A stretch of DNA of 16,272 bases. It comes from Octopus sinensis. Its lineage: Eukaryota. The position numbers and the translations under genes are program-made. This document shows, piece by piece, positions 1 to 10,422 of the stretch (the first letter of the stretch is position 1; each line of letters opens with the position of its first letter). Where the stretch lies: the NCBI RefSeq assembly GCF_006345805.1, contig NW_021825105.1, positions 1 to 16,272 on the forward strand. The letters run 5' to 3'. The notes beneath the pieces were generated by a model that had not been told where the DNA came from, made no database searches, and saw only the letters and a program-made list of their open reading frames with translations.

Positions 1-1894
1 TATGATCCTTGAGAACTGTCACAACAAGCGCAGAATCTCAGCTCCGCATGGATTGACTATAAAAAGGCCTTCGACAGTATACCGCATCCATGGATCTTGA
101 GATCTTCAAAATTTCCCCTGTGATTTCAAGCTTCCTGAAGCACAATATGTCGTTGTGGAATACGAATCTCCAATTATACCACTCTAATGGAGTACTTGCC
201 TCAGAAAATATAAACATCAACTGTGGAATTTTTCAAGGTGACTCACTTTCACCTTTAATATTCTGCATAGCCCTAATACCCCTTACAAGTGAATTAAACA
301 GAACAGGGTATGGGTATAAACTTGCCAATAAAAAAATAAGCCATCTATTTCATATGGATGACTTAAAACTCTATGGTAAAGACGATAATGAACTTGAAGG
401 CCTATTGCGCACTGTGAAACCATTCAGTGATGACATCAGGATGGAGTTTGGGCTTGAGAAGTGTGCCAAGGCCACTTTCCAGAAAGGGAAAGTGAAGACC
501 ACAAATTCAGTCGTGTTAGATGTTGACACAGTCATAAGAGAGCTTGAGCAAGAACAAACATACAAATATTTAGGGATAAATGAAGGCTCTGGTATTCAGC
601 ATGCAGCATGAAGAGAGATCAGGAAGGAATGTTATAGGAGAGTTCGTGCAGTCCTGAAATCTGAACTAAATGCACGTAATAAGGTGCTAGCTATAAATTC
701 CTTAGCAGTTCCAGTTGTTACTTATAGCTACAATGTGTTGAACTGGAATATGAGTGAAGTAAAGAATATAGATAGAAAATACGCAAGCTGCTGAGTTGTA
801 ATAGGATGCACCACCCAAAGGCAGACGTAGATCGCCTTTACCTTCCCAGAGCCCAAGGAGGTCGAGGCCTGATCCAATTTGAACTAGCTTACAAAACAAC
901 CACAATTGGACTGGCCAAATATCTCGAAATAACGAATGACTGGATGCTAAAGCTCGTGGAAAATCACGAGAGACGAAAGAAGCTTCATTCTATCATAAAG
1001 AAAGCAAAAAATTTGCTATGATCTCGTGCAGGATACCCAAACTGAACAACCCGAGGGAAGTACGGCAACTATTGTTGCAAAGAAGGTGAAAATAATGGCA
1101 ACGAAAAAGCGCACGAGCAATTGGCTGATAGGTGGGAGGAGAAACCTCTGCACGGCAAATATGTGGCCTGCAGCAAACAAGCTGATGTTGACTAGAAGCA
1201 AACCCATCAGTGGCTACGGAGCTCAGGGCTAAAAGCAGAGAGCGAAGGTTTCATCCTGGCTGCTCAAGATCAAAGCCTATTAACCCGGAACTACCAGGCC
1301 AATTTGATGTAAAATGGAGCAGACCCAAAATGCCGATTCTGCAACGACATGGTTGAAATAGTGGACTACCTAATCTCTGGATGTAAAGTCTTAGCATCAG
1401 TGGAGTATAAATTAAGACATGACAGAGTTGGCCAATATCTACACTGGCTAATAAGTCGGCATTACAATATCAAAACTGCCGACAAGTGGTATAATCACCA
1501 CCCTGAAGCTGTAACTGAAGGAGAAAATGTAACGATTCTGTGGGACTTTCCAGTACATACAGACCGAACCATCAAAGACAATAAACCAGATATTGTGAAA
1601 GACTAAAACAATAAAGTTTGCTTATTGATTGACATGAGCATCCCCTGTGATCATAATATCTCAGCGAAAGAGTTTGACAAGCTCAGAAAATATAAAGACC
1701 TGCTCATTGAAATTGAGAAAATGTGGCATCTCAAGGCGGTTACAATATCAGTGATCGTAGGAGCACTAGGAATGATCAAGAAGGGAACCGAAAATTATAT
1801 GAGAATGATCCCTGGCTTACCATCCCTGCAAGAAGTGCAAAAGATTGTCTTAACTGGTACATCACACGTATTGAGAAGAGCATTGTCGATGTGA
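1..1894 (+). pseudogene. Disrupted RT-REL polyprotein ORF of the Dong/R4-type element
   Basis: ORF-track fragments 90-611, 806-1021, 1349-1606 and 1625-1894 are consecutive pieces of one polyprotein, separated by frameshifts and stops. Confidence 0.88.
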
Positions 1895-2057
1895 GAACTA
1901 TTACTACCCATGTATTTTAATTTAACTTTAAAAAATAAAAATAAACGAACTAGTGAGTTTAGTTTAATGGCCTACCAATGTATACTATGAGTTTCTTTGC
2001 CCTAGGAGTCGGGAAGACACTCGGCAAGAAATGGAAGCAAATTTGAAAGAAGAAGAA
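1..2057 (+). mobile_element. R4/Dong-type non-LTR retrotransposon (RT + CCHC + restriction-like endonuclease), decayed, cut by the window start
   Basis: Stitched frames give WIDYKKAFDS (~45-75), GIFQGDSLSP, HMDDLKLY (YMDD-type motif), YKYLGI and LYLPRAQGGRGL. These are followed by CRFC-x8-(H>Y)-x4-C at 1331 and PDIV...IDMSIP...KEFDKLRKYKDL...VIVGALG (REL PD..D/ExK). Stop at 1894, ~160-nt 3'UTR, then directly (AAT)n. Confidence 0.9.
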
Positions 2058-2139
<82 letters not shown>

Positions 2140-2164
2140 TAATAATAATAATAACGACAATAAT
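2058..2164. repeat. (AAT)n microsatellite between the two Dong-type elements
   Basis: About 35 AAT units with a few AAC/GAC variants, read directly. Confidence 0.97.
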
Positions 2165-3390
2165 GACAAAAAGACCCCCATCTGCAGGAAGCTGCTAGAA
2201 ACGACCAGGAAAGTAGACTCTGTTATCAGTAGGATAGATGCTAAAAATATAGGGGACACTAACTTATAGATCTATACAAGAGGGGCAGCAGTCACAGGAA
2301 GATTAGATATCTCACAGGGAAAGATTAAAAAGGGGTAAATGTAGAAAAGAAGACTACAAAATAAAGACTACAAAAGAAAGATCTGAGTAGAATAGAAACC
2401 TGGAAACTGAACAAGTTACGAAACATAAGACAGAAATCTTGCCTCGAGAAAAGATATTTAGTCAAAGAGAAAGGATTTAGGACAGTAATAGAAGAGTTGA
2501 AAAGGCGTATCACAGTAGTGGCATGCAAGCTCTCTAGATATCAGAAAAGAATAGATCAGTATCAACAGAATAGATATTTTGAGATAGGCTAGAGATTTTA
2601 TAACCAAATAAATAGTGGAGAACGAAGTACTGAAGATGAGAAACCTAATGCAGAAAAAGCTAGAAAGTTCTGGAGTAATATTTGGGATAAGCCAGTCAAT
2701 CATAATGGAGATGCAGTATGGTTTAAGAAAGTGAGCAAAGAAGTAGTGAGTGAGAAGCAGCCAGATGTAAGACTAGCTAGTGCATTAATGAGTAAAGTGT
2801 TAGGGAAAATGCCGAATTGGAAGGACCCAGAACCAGATTTAATTCAAGGGTACCGGCTAAAGAAATTCAGTAGTTTACATTGGAGGCTGAGGGAACAACT
2901 TCAGTATTACCTTAATGGAGGAATAATACCAGATTGGATGATTAGAGGAAGGAAAATACTCATTAGGAAAGAAAAGAACAAGGGTAATACAGCTAGCAGC
3001 TATAGACCAATCATTCGTTTGCCATTAGTGTGGAAGCTGTTTACAGGAATGCTTTCAGAAAGCATTTCAGAGAGCCCTTTGACAACCAGAATTTACTACC
3101 AGAAGTAGAGAAAGGTTGCCGGAAGAAGGCTAGAGGAACGCATGATCATATATTTAAACTATGGAAAGTGCGGGTAAAATGTATCCCAGTAGTTATCGGT
3201 CCCTACAGATCTGAACAGATGTATAAAGGAAGTAGGCATAAAATCCAGTTTAGTACACTCCAGAAAAAATGTTATTAGGGACAGCTGGTATACTTAGGAG
3301 GTATCTTGGCATCTAAGGTTACTTGCTGTAGCCTGATGTTAGGATTCTTTTCTCTTCCAACAGTTTAATCTCTTGATCTTATAGGAAATA
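2165..3390 (+). mobile_element. Second, divergent R4/Dong-type element; 5'-truncated and internally deleted
   Basis: Translates to the pre-RT/RT N-terminal region (VIEELKRRI..KLSRYQKRIDQYQQN; KFWSNIW; KMPNWKDPEPDLIQGY; SYRPI; KLFTG; EKGCRKKARGTHDH). At ~3150 it jumps to the REL C-terminus (LWKVRVKCIPVVIG ... LGTAGILRRYLGI*, stop ~3316). A short 3'UTR and (AAC/AAT)n follow. Confidence 0.82.
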
Positions 3391-3451
3391 GTAATAACAA
3401 CAACAATAATAATAATAATAATGATAATAATAATAATATATACATATACAT

Positions 3452-3520
<69 letters not shown>
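3388..3520. repeat. Compound (AAT)n-(TA)n microsatellite
   Basis: Read directly. Confidence 0.95.
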
Positions 3521-3657
3521 AATATTATTGGTGAATTGAAGAAATGGAGCTGAACGAAGATTGAACAGAAATCGTTTACTGCTGTGATTTTTGCTACCAA
3601 GGTACCGGTTAAACTTTTGATTAATCTACTACAAGATTATTCATCTTTCTATTTCAC

Positions 3658-3658
<1 letters not shown>

Positions 3659-3723
<65 letters not shown>

Positions 3724-3737
3724 TATAAATATATATA
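3659..3737. repeat. (TA)n microsatellite
   Basis: Read directly. Confidence 0.97.
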
Positions 3738-3763
3738 GAAATAACACACCTCTCTCATCACAC

Positions 3764-3790
3764 ATCTATCTATCTATCTATCTATCTATC

Positions 3791-3824
<34 letters not shown>
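3764..3824. repeat. (TATC)n microsatellite
   Basis: Read directly; abuts the 5' side of the element at 3824. Confidence 0.95.
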
Positions 3825-4117
3825 CCCCCCTTTACACTTCATATTGACATTTCTGTGATAACGATCCCTATTGATCAATTTTTTTCCTCTTCCCCTTTTT
3901 TTTAACCCCCCCTTTTTTTTTGTCCTCTTTCTCTCCTTTCACGATCCCTTTTGATCGACCCCCCCTTTTATATTTTTTTTAAATTTTATTTTATTTTTTT
4001 CTTATTTTTTATTTTATTTATTTTTTTATTTTTTATTTTTTTAAACCTTCAAAAGAAAAGCTCTACCTTGTAATTTGTTCTATCTGTGTGCAGCCCTGTG
4101 TAGCTAATAAAGAAACA
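3824..4117 (+). mobile_element. Pyrimidine-rich 3'UTR fragment of a LINE (probably Tx1/L1-type) embedded in (TATC)n
   Basis: Homologous to 15026-15417: shares cgatccctattgatc, cgatcccttttgatcg and aaaagaaaagctctaccttgtaa..ttgt..atctgtgt.cagccctgtgt.gc.aataaa. TATC arrays flank both sides. Linkage to the Tx1-like ORF2 at 15540 is inferred. Confidence 0.65.
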
Positions 4118-4154
<37 letters not shown>

Positions 4155-4155
4155 G

Positions 4156-4189
<34 letters not shown>

Positions 4190-4236
4190 AATATGGAGAG
4201 GGCTATATCTATGTATGTGTATATTTACACCCACAC

Positions 4237-4269
<33 letters not shown>

Positions 4270-4290
4270 GATACACACGTAAACACACAC
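4118..4290. repeat. Compound (TATC)n-(TC)n-(TA)n-(CA)n microsatellite
   Basis: Read directly. Confidence 0.9.
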
Positions 4291-4614
4291 ACACGTACAT
4301 GCTCCAAATAAATTAGCCGTGACGAAATAAACAGAGCAGGTAAACAAACACGTACACCAATCGATCATTTAATCAACAAACTGTAAAACAAATTAATTGC
4401 TGGTAGGGAAATCGCATTTCGTTTTGCAACAATAATCTACTTCCAGGTGTGTTAAAGGTTTTGAAATCAATATTGTTTTCTGCTTTTTGCATTAGCAGAG
4501 CGCTGTCTTCGTTTTAGAGTCAGCGCTGAAAGTTACAACGCTTCGTATACGAAAACGTCAATGTAAATAATGCGATCGAAGATGGAAAAATAGGTAATGG
4601 GTAATGTATATAAG

Positions 4615-4847
4615 GGCGGCGAGCTGGCAGAATGGTTAGCACGCCGGGCGAAATGCGTAGCCGTATTTCGTCTGCCGATACGTTCTGAGTTCAAATTCCG
4701 CTGAGGTCGACTTTGCCTTTCATCCTTTCGGGGTCGATAAATTAAGTACCAGTAACGCACTGGGGTCGATATAATCGACTTAATCCGTTTGTCTGTCCTT
4801 GTTTGTCCTCTCTGTGTTTAACCCCTTGTGGGTAGTAAAGAAATAAG
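4615..4847 (+). mobile_element. tRNA-derived SINE (head type A)
   Basis: A box tggcagaatgg 4625-4635; B-box-like gagttcaaattcc 4687-4699; central block gtcgactttgcctttcatcctttcggggtcgataaattaagtacc. Candidate TSD gtaatgtata at 4601-4610 and 4847-4856. A second copy of head and core lies on the minus strand at 6290-6559. Confidence 0.88.
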
Positions 4848-5128
4848 TAATGTATAGACAAGTTGCCGGAAATGTGTTTAATATGTAAAATTGGTCTATC
4901 TAATTTTGTTACACCGCTAAGTTTAGTGGGTGTTTAAGTAATGCATTCGTGGATATTTGATGGGGTGGATGTGGTACAGAAGAAAGTGCAATAACCGAAA
5001 TATGCATTTACACCTAATTCCTATTTTCATGTGGTACAGATGTCTTTTATCGCATTGTAACTTTCAGTTCTCGCTCTAAATTCAAAACAAAAATCTGTAG
5101 AGATAACTTTGAGATATATAAATACATA

Positions 5129-5550
5129 GGCGGAGGAGTGGCTGTGTGGTAAGTAGCTTGATTATCAACCACATGGTTCCGGGTTCAGTCCCACTGCGTG
5201 GCACCTTGGACAAGTGTCTTCTACTATAGCCTCGGGCCGACCAAAGCCTTGTGAGTGGATTTGGTAGACGGAAACTGCAAGAAGTCTGTCGTATATATGT
5301 ATATATGTGTGTGTGTGTATGTTTGAGTATATGTTTGTGTGTCTGTGTTTGTCCCCCCTCCAACATCGCTTGACAACCGATGCTGGTGTGTTTACGTCCC
5401 CCTAACTTAGCGATTCAGCAAAAGAGACCGATAGAATAAGTACTAGGCTTACAAAGAATAAGTCCTGGGGTCGATTTTCTCGACTAAAGGCGGTGCTCCA
5501 GCATGGCCGCAGTCAAATGACTGAAGCAAGTAAGGGTAAGAGTAAGAGTA
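5129..5550 (+). mobile_element. tRNA-derived SINE (head type B) with internal (TG)n
   Basis: A box tggctgtgtgg 5139-5149; B-box-like gggttcagtccc 5181-5192; internal TA/TG tract. Tail aaggcggtgctccagcatggccgcagtc..tgactgaa ends in (gtaaga)n. Candidate TSD tacatag at 5123-5129 and 5549-5555. Confidence 0.88.
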
Positions 5551-6289
5551 CATAGACAACTCAGTGAGTCCAAGAAAATAAAACGAAGCAAATGAAAACG
5601 CGCAAAAGGACGATAAGAACAACGCAAGAAAAGAGTGAAAATCGTAAATACGATAAAAGAAAAGACACAACGTTTTAAACCTGAATAAAAACCAGGACAA
5701 GAAATCATTTCCAAAGGACCAAATGGCGGACAGGGAACGAGAAGGAAGCCATTTTGAATTGGAAATAACATCCAGTTAGTATTTTATTTTTCAAAAAGTA
5801 ACGCGTCGGATTTTTATCTGAGGCTTAGAGGCTAATGTAAAATTCAGATGGAGAGCATTAAGTAATACTTTTGCCCCGAGAGAAGGATTATTGAAGATTT
5901 TATAATCGAAATATAGCGGCATGAGCGGTTATTGGTTCATCGTAAACAAAATGGCGAAACAGTTGTGAGTTTAGAATAATAAAAAAAACCCCAAGAAAGA
6001 ACATCTTGAATGTTTTTGTGCATTTTAATGGGAGTGTGTGTTTGTGAGTGCGTGTGTCTATGTGTGTGTGAATGTATGTGTTGGTGTTTTGATAAACTGA
6101 ACATATGTGTGTCTAGTTGCTTGTGCTATTGGCATGTAATTGACGTGGTTGCTTGTTGCTGTGTTGTTTAGCCCCAGGTCAGGTCTAATCGAGCAGACGC
6201 ATGATGAATAAATAGTATCCCTGTCATGATCATCTGTGTTACTCTTAGGTTTGTTGTGCACAGACTTCGTTAATGAAGACGGCGAAGTA

Positions 6290-6559
6290 GGACTTTAAGG
6301 GAGGGTCAATTAGTTGGTACTTCTAGCTGATCACACTGGCCTGAAAAATATCACTTGGAGACATAAGGCTTGAAATTTGGTGGGAGGAGATTAGTCGATT
6401 ACATCGACTCCAGTATTTCACTGGTACTTTATTTTTCGACTTCCGAAAGGATGAACGGCAATGTCGACCTCGGCGGAATTTGAACCCAGAACGTAACGAC
6501 AGACGAAATACCGCTAAGCATTTCGCCCGGCGTGTTAACTATTCTGCCAGCTCACCGCC
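6290..6559 (-). mobile_element. tRNA-derived SINE (head type A), different 3' tail from the 4615 copy
   Basis: The reverse complement of 6390-6559 aligns to 4615-4780 (A box at 6539-6549, B box at 6475-6487, same core). The tail diverges after tcgact; the left boundary is approximate. Confidence 0.82.
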
Positions 6560-6603
6560 TTAGTATCTGGGTATAATAATGATCTGAACTTAATCTCATT
6601 ATA

Positions 6604-6823
6604 CGAAGCGGGTACCGAAAAGTTCCTGGCTTTAAGGGTACCGCGAAAGGCCTGGCTGGAGCACCAAGCTTCCGAGTTCTTTTACAGCGCTTAGAGAAAC
6701 CGAAGGACCACTTCAGTAAGTATATGTGAATCTGAAAGGGGAATACGTTGAATAAAATCATAATTAACTGATCTACTTGTATTTTCCTTTACTCAAAGCC
6801 AGGAACTTTTCAGCTTCCCTTCG
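6604..6823. mobile_element. Mariner-derived MITE (~220 bp) with TA target-site duplication
   Basis: TIRs cgaagcgggtaccgaaaagttcctggcttt / aaagccaggaacttttcagcttcccttcg, with TA at 6602-6603 and 6824-6825. The internal segment ctgaaaggggaatacgttgaataa encodes LKGEYVE*, the typical mariner transposase C-terminus. Confidence 0.85.
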
Positions 6824-6944
6824 TATCACTGATGCTTAGTATTTTGATGTCACTGGGATGAGATGAAATGGCGTTTTAAATATAATTAGACAGAAATAAT
6901 ACCACAATGACCGTGGGGGGTGGAAGATCGGTTTTGAGGGTTTC

Positions 6945-7190
6945 CAGATAGACCGAGGATATCAGAAAAGAATTTTGCCCAATGTACTGTACCAAGGACT
7001 GATCCCTGAACTATGATGGTTGCAAAACCGATTCTTTAATCATATGACCACACTCACGCGCATTTATCTTTTTGTTGACCGCGACCATACTGGAGCACTG
7101 CCTTAAATTGTTTTAATAAGTAATGCATTGTGATCCTAGTATAAAGTCTAGTCTTAATTTTATTGATTTTTATTTATCGATTTGTTGAAT
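6945..7190 (-). mobile_element. Two old degenerate SINE fragments in tandem (type-B head 6945-7070; tail 7075-7190)
   Basis: The reverse complement of 7077-7105 is aaggcagtgctccagtatggtcgcggtc, matching the tail of the 5129 SINE. The reverse complement of 6980-7070 loosely follows the type-B head (..gttcagggatcagtcc....attgggcaa). Confidence 0.5.
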
Positions 7191-7231
7191 TGACCAATTT
7201 TTAGATATTTGCCAGTCTTTCGAGATATCCG

Positions 7232-7593
7232 TATATACACACATACACACAAACACTCACATATGCATACATACATACACACATACATACATACATACAT
7301 ACATACACACATACATACATACATAAATACATACATGCATACATACATACATACATACATACATACATAAATACATAGTACATACATACATACATACATA
7401 CATACGTACGTACATACGTACATACATACATACATGCATACATACATACACACATACATGCATACATACATACATACTTACATACATACATACATACATA
7501 CACACACACATACATACATACATACATGTATACATTCATACATACATACATACATACATACATACACACATACATGCATACATACATACATAC

Positions 7594-7624
<31 letters not shown>

Positions 7625-7668
7625 CATACATACATACATACATACGTACATACATACATACACATACA
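7232..7668. repeat. (CATA)n tetranucleotide array, ~440 bp
   Basis: Read directly; it accounts for all the MYVC/HTYI ORFs in the track. Confidence 0.98.
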
Positions 7669-7737
7669 TTTTCAGAGAGAAGAAAAACAGTACGTAGGTC
7701 AAGTTGACCTTAATATATGACTCGTAGTTTGGTAAGG

Positions 7738-7796
7738 ATGCTGACGGTGATGCTGCTGCTGCTGCTGAAGATGATGATGATGATGATGATGGTGAC
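7738..7796. repeat. (GCT)n-(GAT)n trinucleotide tract
   Basis: Read directly. Confidence 0.9.
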
Positions 7797-7919
7797 GTTT
7801 TCAGTCCACGTCAGTCTACAAACGATATCAAGTTATTGTCGCTGATTAAACTCCATAATGAAACCGTTTAAAGTAACATAAGACTCACTGTCATTATGTG
7901 GAACCCACGTCTCACTTTC

Positions 7920-8215
7920 TGCTCCTCCTCCTCCACCAGCTCTCCTCCATTCCCCCCTCTCTCTCTCGTTCACACACACACACACACACACATAAACACA
8001 CACACATACACACACACACACACATCTCTCTTCTGTTTCTCCCTTTCTCTCACCATTTCGCATCTACCCAGTTTCTCATGTTCGATCTTAAGCCCAATCT
8101 CTCACCCCTGTCTCTTTCTTTCTTTCTTTCTTTCTTTCCTTCTTTCTTTCTTTCCTCCTTTATTTCTTTCTTTCTTCCTTTCTTCATTCCTTCCTTCCTC
8201 TCCTCTCCTCTCATC
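7920..8215. repeat. Low-complexity (CCT)/(CT)/(CA)/(TTTC) tract
   Basis: Read directly. Confidence 0.88.
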
Positions 8216-8518
8216 CCACTCTTACACGCAATATACGTTGTTACGTGTCGGGTGTAGTCAACCCCACTCCCGTTCTCCTCTACCCAAGCCCACTTTCTCT
8301 CTCTTTCGCCTCAAATCGAACCAGCTCTCCCCAACACTCAATGCATCACATTGATATTCAATACAAATGTTGAATTAAACCCTAGTGTGTCGAAATGGCG
8401 ATCCGGGTTCGATATCTGGTCGAGCAGTAGCGGCACTAGCATTATCATTTTTAGCAAACATCCACTTTTTAAACACATAAATGACTACGTACAATTTCTC
8501 TCTTTCTCCTGTCCGTGT

Positions 8519-8536
8519 ACATATATATATATATAT

Positions 8537-8587
<51 letters not shown>

Positions 8588-8606
8588 ATATATATATAAT
8601 ATATAT
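8519..8606. repeat. (TA)n microsatellite
   Basis: Read directly. Confidence 0.95.
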
Positions 8607-9039
8607 AATAAATATTAGGAATAGATCCAAATTTACAGGGAAAAAAAAATCAGCAATTTAGGATTAAATCCAATTATAGTAAAATATTTATAAAAATATT
8701 ATTAGAGACCAAAACCACTATTTTGCAAAACAAACAAGGAAAGGAAAGACTTAATCAATACATAGTTTCAAGATAAATTCCTTTCTAGAAGGAATAGGAA
8801 TATCTTTCAAAGATGAATCCCAAAACAGCGGTTCTATCTTACCTGTAAAATCCATAATTTACGAAATTGAGGTATTACACTCAATATACAAAATTATCAA
8901 TATTATATAAATAATAAATATTAGGGAATAAATCCAAATTTACAGGGAAAAAATCAGATTTAGGATTAATCCAATTTATAGTAAAATATATAAAATATTA
9001 TTAGAGACAAAACCACTATTTTGCAAAACAAACAAGAAA
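8605..9039 (-). mobile_element. (TA)n-flanked element with ~135-bp direct repeats; putative Penelope-like pseudo-LTR relic
   Basis: 8605-8742 and 8911-9039 are near-identical direct repeats (ataataaatattagg..atccaaatttacaggg..aaaccactattttgcaaaacaaacaag). The spacer holds a degenerate hammerhead-like motif on the minus strand (8753-8820). TA runs flank both sides. The PLE assignment is inference. Confidence 0.5.
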
Positions 9040-9065
9040 TATATATATATTAAGTATATAATATT

Positions 9066-9977
9066 GTATCAAGAAGTACTGTCTCGAAAGCAATGACAGC
9101 CTTTGAGCAAAACTCCAGAAGAACACCAAAATTTTCAGATAGGGACCGTCGGATTCTTACGCGAATTATTAGAAAGGATCACAAAAGTACAGCTCCAAAA
9201 ATTACTGCAGAGCTTAATGAATACCTCGGGAAACCAATTTCCACAAAATCCGTTCGCCGAGAGCTGCACGAAGCCGGACTTCACGGGAGGGCTGCGATCA
9301 GAAAATCACTACTTTCATAAACAAACGTTACAAAGCGTTTAGAGTGGAGTAAATACCTACAGAATGGGTCCCTAGAGCAGTGGAAGAATGTTATTTTTTT
9401 TGGAAAAATCATCCTTTATCTTATTTCCGACCACCGTCTGAGTATACGTATAGAGACAGTCAAAAGAAGCATGTCACCCAGACTGATTTCTCACAACTGT
9501 TAAACATGGAGGAGCATCTGTGATGATCTGGTGGGATTAATCTTGGAAATCCGCCGGCCCAATTGTTTCCCTTCATGGCAGAATTAATAGTCAAGATTAT
9601 TTAAGCATTGTATCTGATCAAATTCATCCTATGGTTTGCGGAACTGTTTCCAGAGGAAAACGCAATCTTCAGGATGATGATGTACCAATTCCACACATCT
9701 AAAGTTGTTACTGAATGGCACAAGGAACATTCTAGTGAAGTTGAACATCTTATCTGGCCACCACAGTCCCCAGATCTCAATATTATTGAACTTTTAGGGC
9801 ATTTAGAAAACAAGTAAGGAGTCGATATCCTCCACCATCATCACTACAAGAAGTGGAGACTGTTTTACTGAAGAATGGACAAAAATTCCTTTGGAAACAA
9901 TTCAAACTTTGTACAGATCCATAACTCGTAGAATTCAAGCTGTAATTACTGCCAAAGGTGGTCCTACTCCATATTAA
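9066..9977 (+). pseudogene. Disrupted Tc1-type transposase (D-36-E spacing)
   Basis: VSRSTVSK..DRDRR..ISTKSVRRELHEAGLHGRAAIRK..RLEW..WKNVIF..KHGGASVMIW..QDD(N>D)(A>V)PIHTS..WPPQSPDLNIIE..RRIQAVITAKGGPTPY* (stop 9975-9977), with multiple frameshifts and stops. Confidence 0.88.
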
Positions 9978-10029
9978 AATAAATTTGTTTGAAATTTTAA
10001 GGTGTTCCCATTATTTTATCCAACCCCTG
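9066..10029 (+). mobile_element. Tc1-superfamily DNA transposon, 5'-truncated, right TIR intact
   Basis: Transposase remnants plus the terminal ..ggtgttcccattattttatccaacccctg followed by TA at 10030-10031. The TIR reads CAGGGGTTGGATAAAATAATGGGAACACC. No left TIR is found. Confidence 0.9.
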
Positions 10030-10107
10030 TATATATATGAATGTGTGTGTGTGTGAGTGTGATATATATATGAATGTGTGTGTGTGTGTGTGTGTGTGAG
10101 TGTGTGT
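10030..10107. repeat. (TA)/(TG)n microsatellite
   Basis: Read directly. Confidence 0.9.
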
Positions 10108-10422
10108 TTATCTGCTGCGATATCATATATCTTCTGCCACTTGGCGTCTAGTTTGTAGCATGAAATTTCAATAGAGTTAAATCAACTTCCGCAGATACCC
10201 TCATTCTGCGGACACACTGACTCATCTCCGCATTCATATATTCCAGAATATAGATATTATCTGTTCTTGTACAATTCCGAACATTTATGGATTCATTCTT
10301 TGATGATCCTTTCTTAATATTTCATGGAAATTATCTGTTGGCTTTGAGTAAAGACATCGAAATCCTCTCATTCGGTATTCGGGAAATGATATATCAAATT
10401 ATGTTATTGAAATGTCTTGCGA

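Noticed and set aside
1-3150. The second Dong element stops almost exactly where the first begins in the window, as if they were two halves of one element
   Set aside because: The first element's start is only the window edge, and the two have different C-termini and UTRs; this is a coincidence.
4615-4705. tRNA-like sequences in SINE heads (also 5129, 6559, 12351)
   Set aside because: A/B boxes are present, but I cannot fold a full cloverleaf, and each continues into a SINE body and tail, so they are not tRNA genes.
5555-6000. Non-repetitive purine-rich stretch as a possible host exon or UTR
   Set aside because: Only short ORFs, with no recognisable domain or convincing splice signals.
7160-7720. 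Cluster of overlapping ORFs (MYVC.../HTYI...)
   Set aside because: Stop-free frames of the (CATA)n array; no coding signal.
7833-8354. Ser/Phe/Leu-rich ORFs that look like membrane proteins
   Set aside because: Translated pyrimidine microsatellites.
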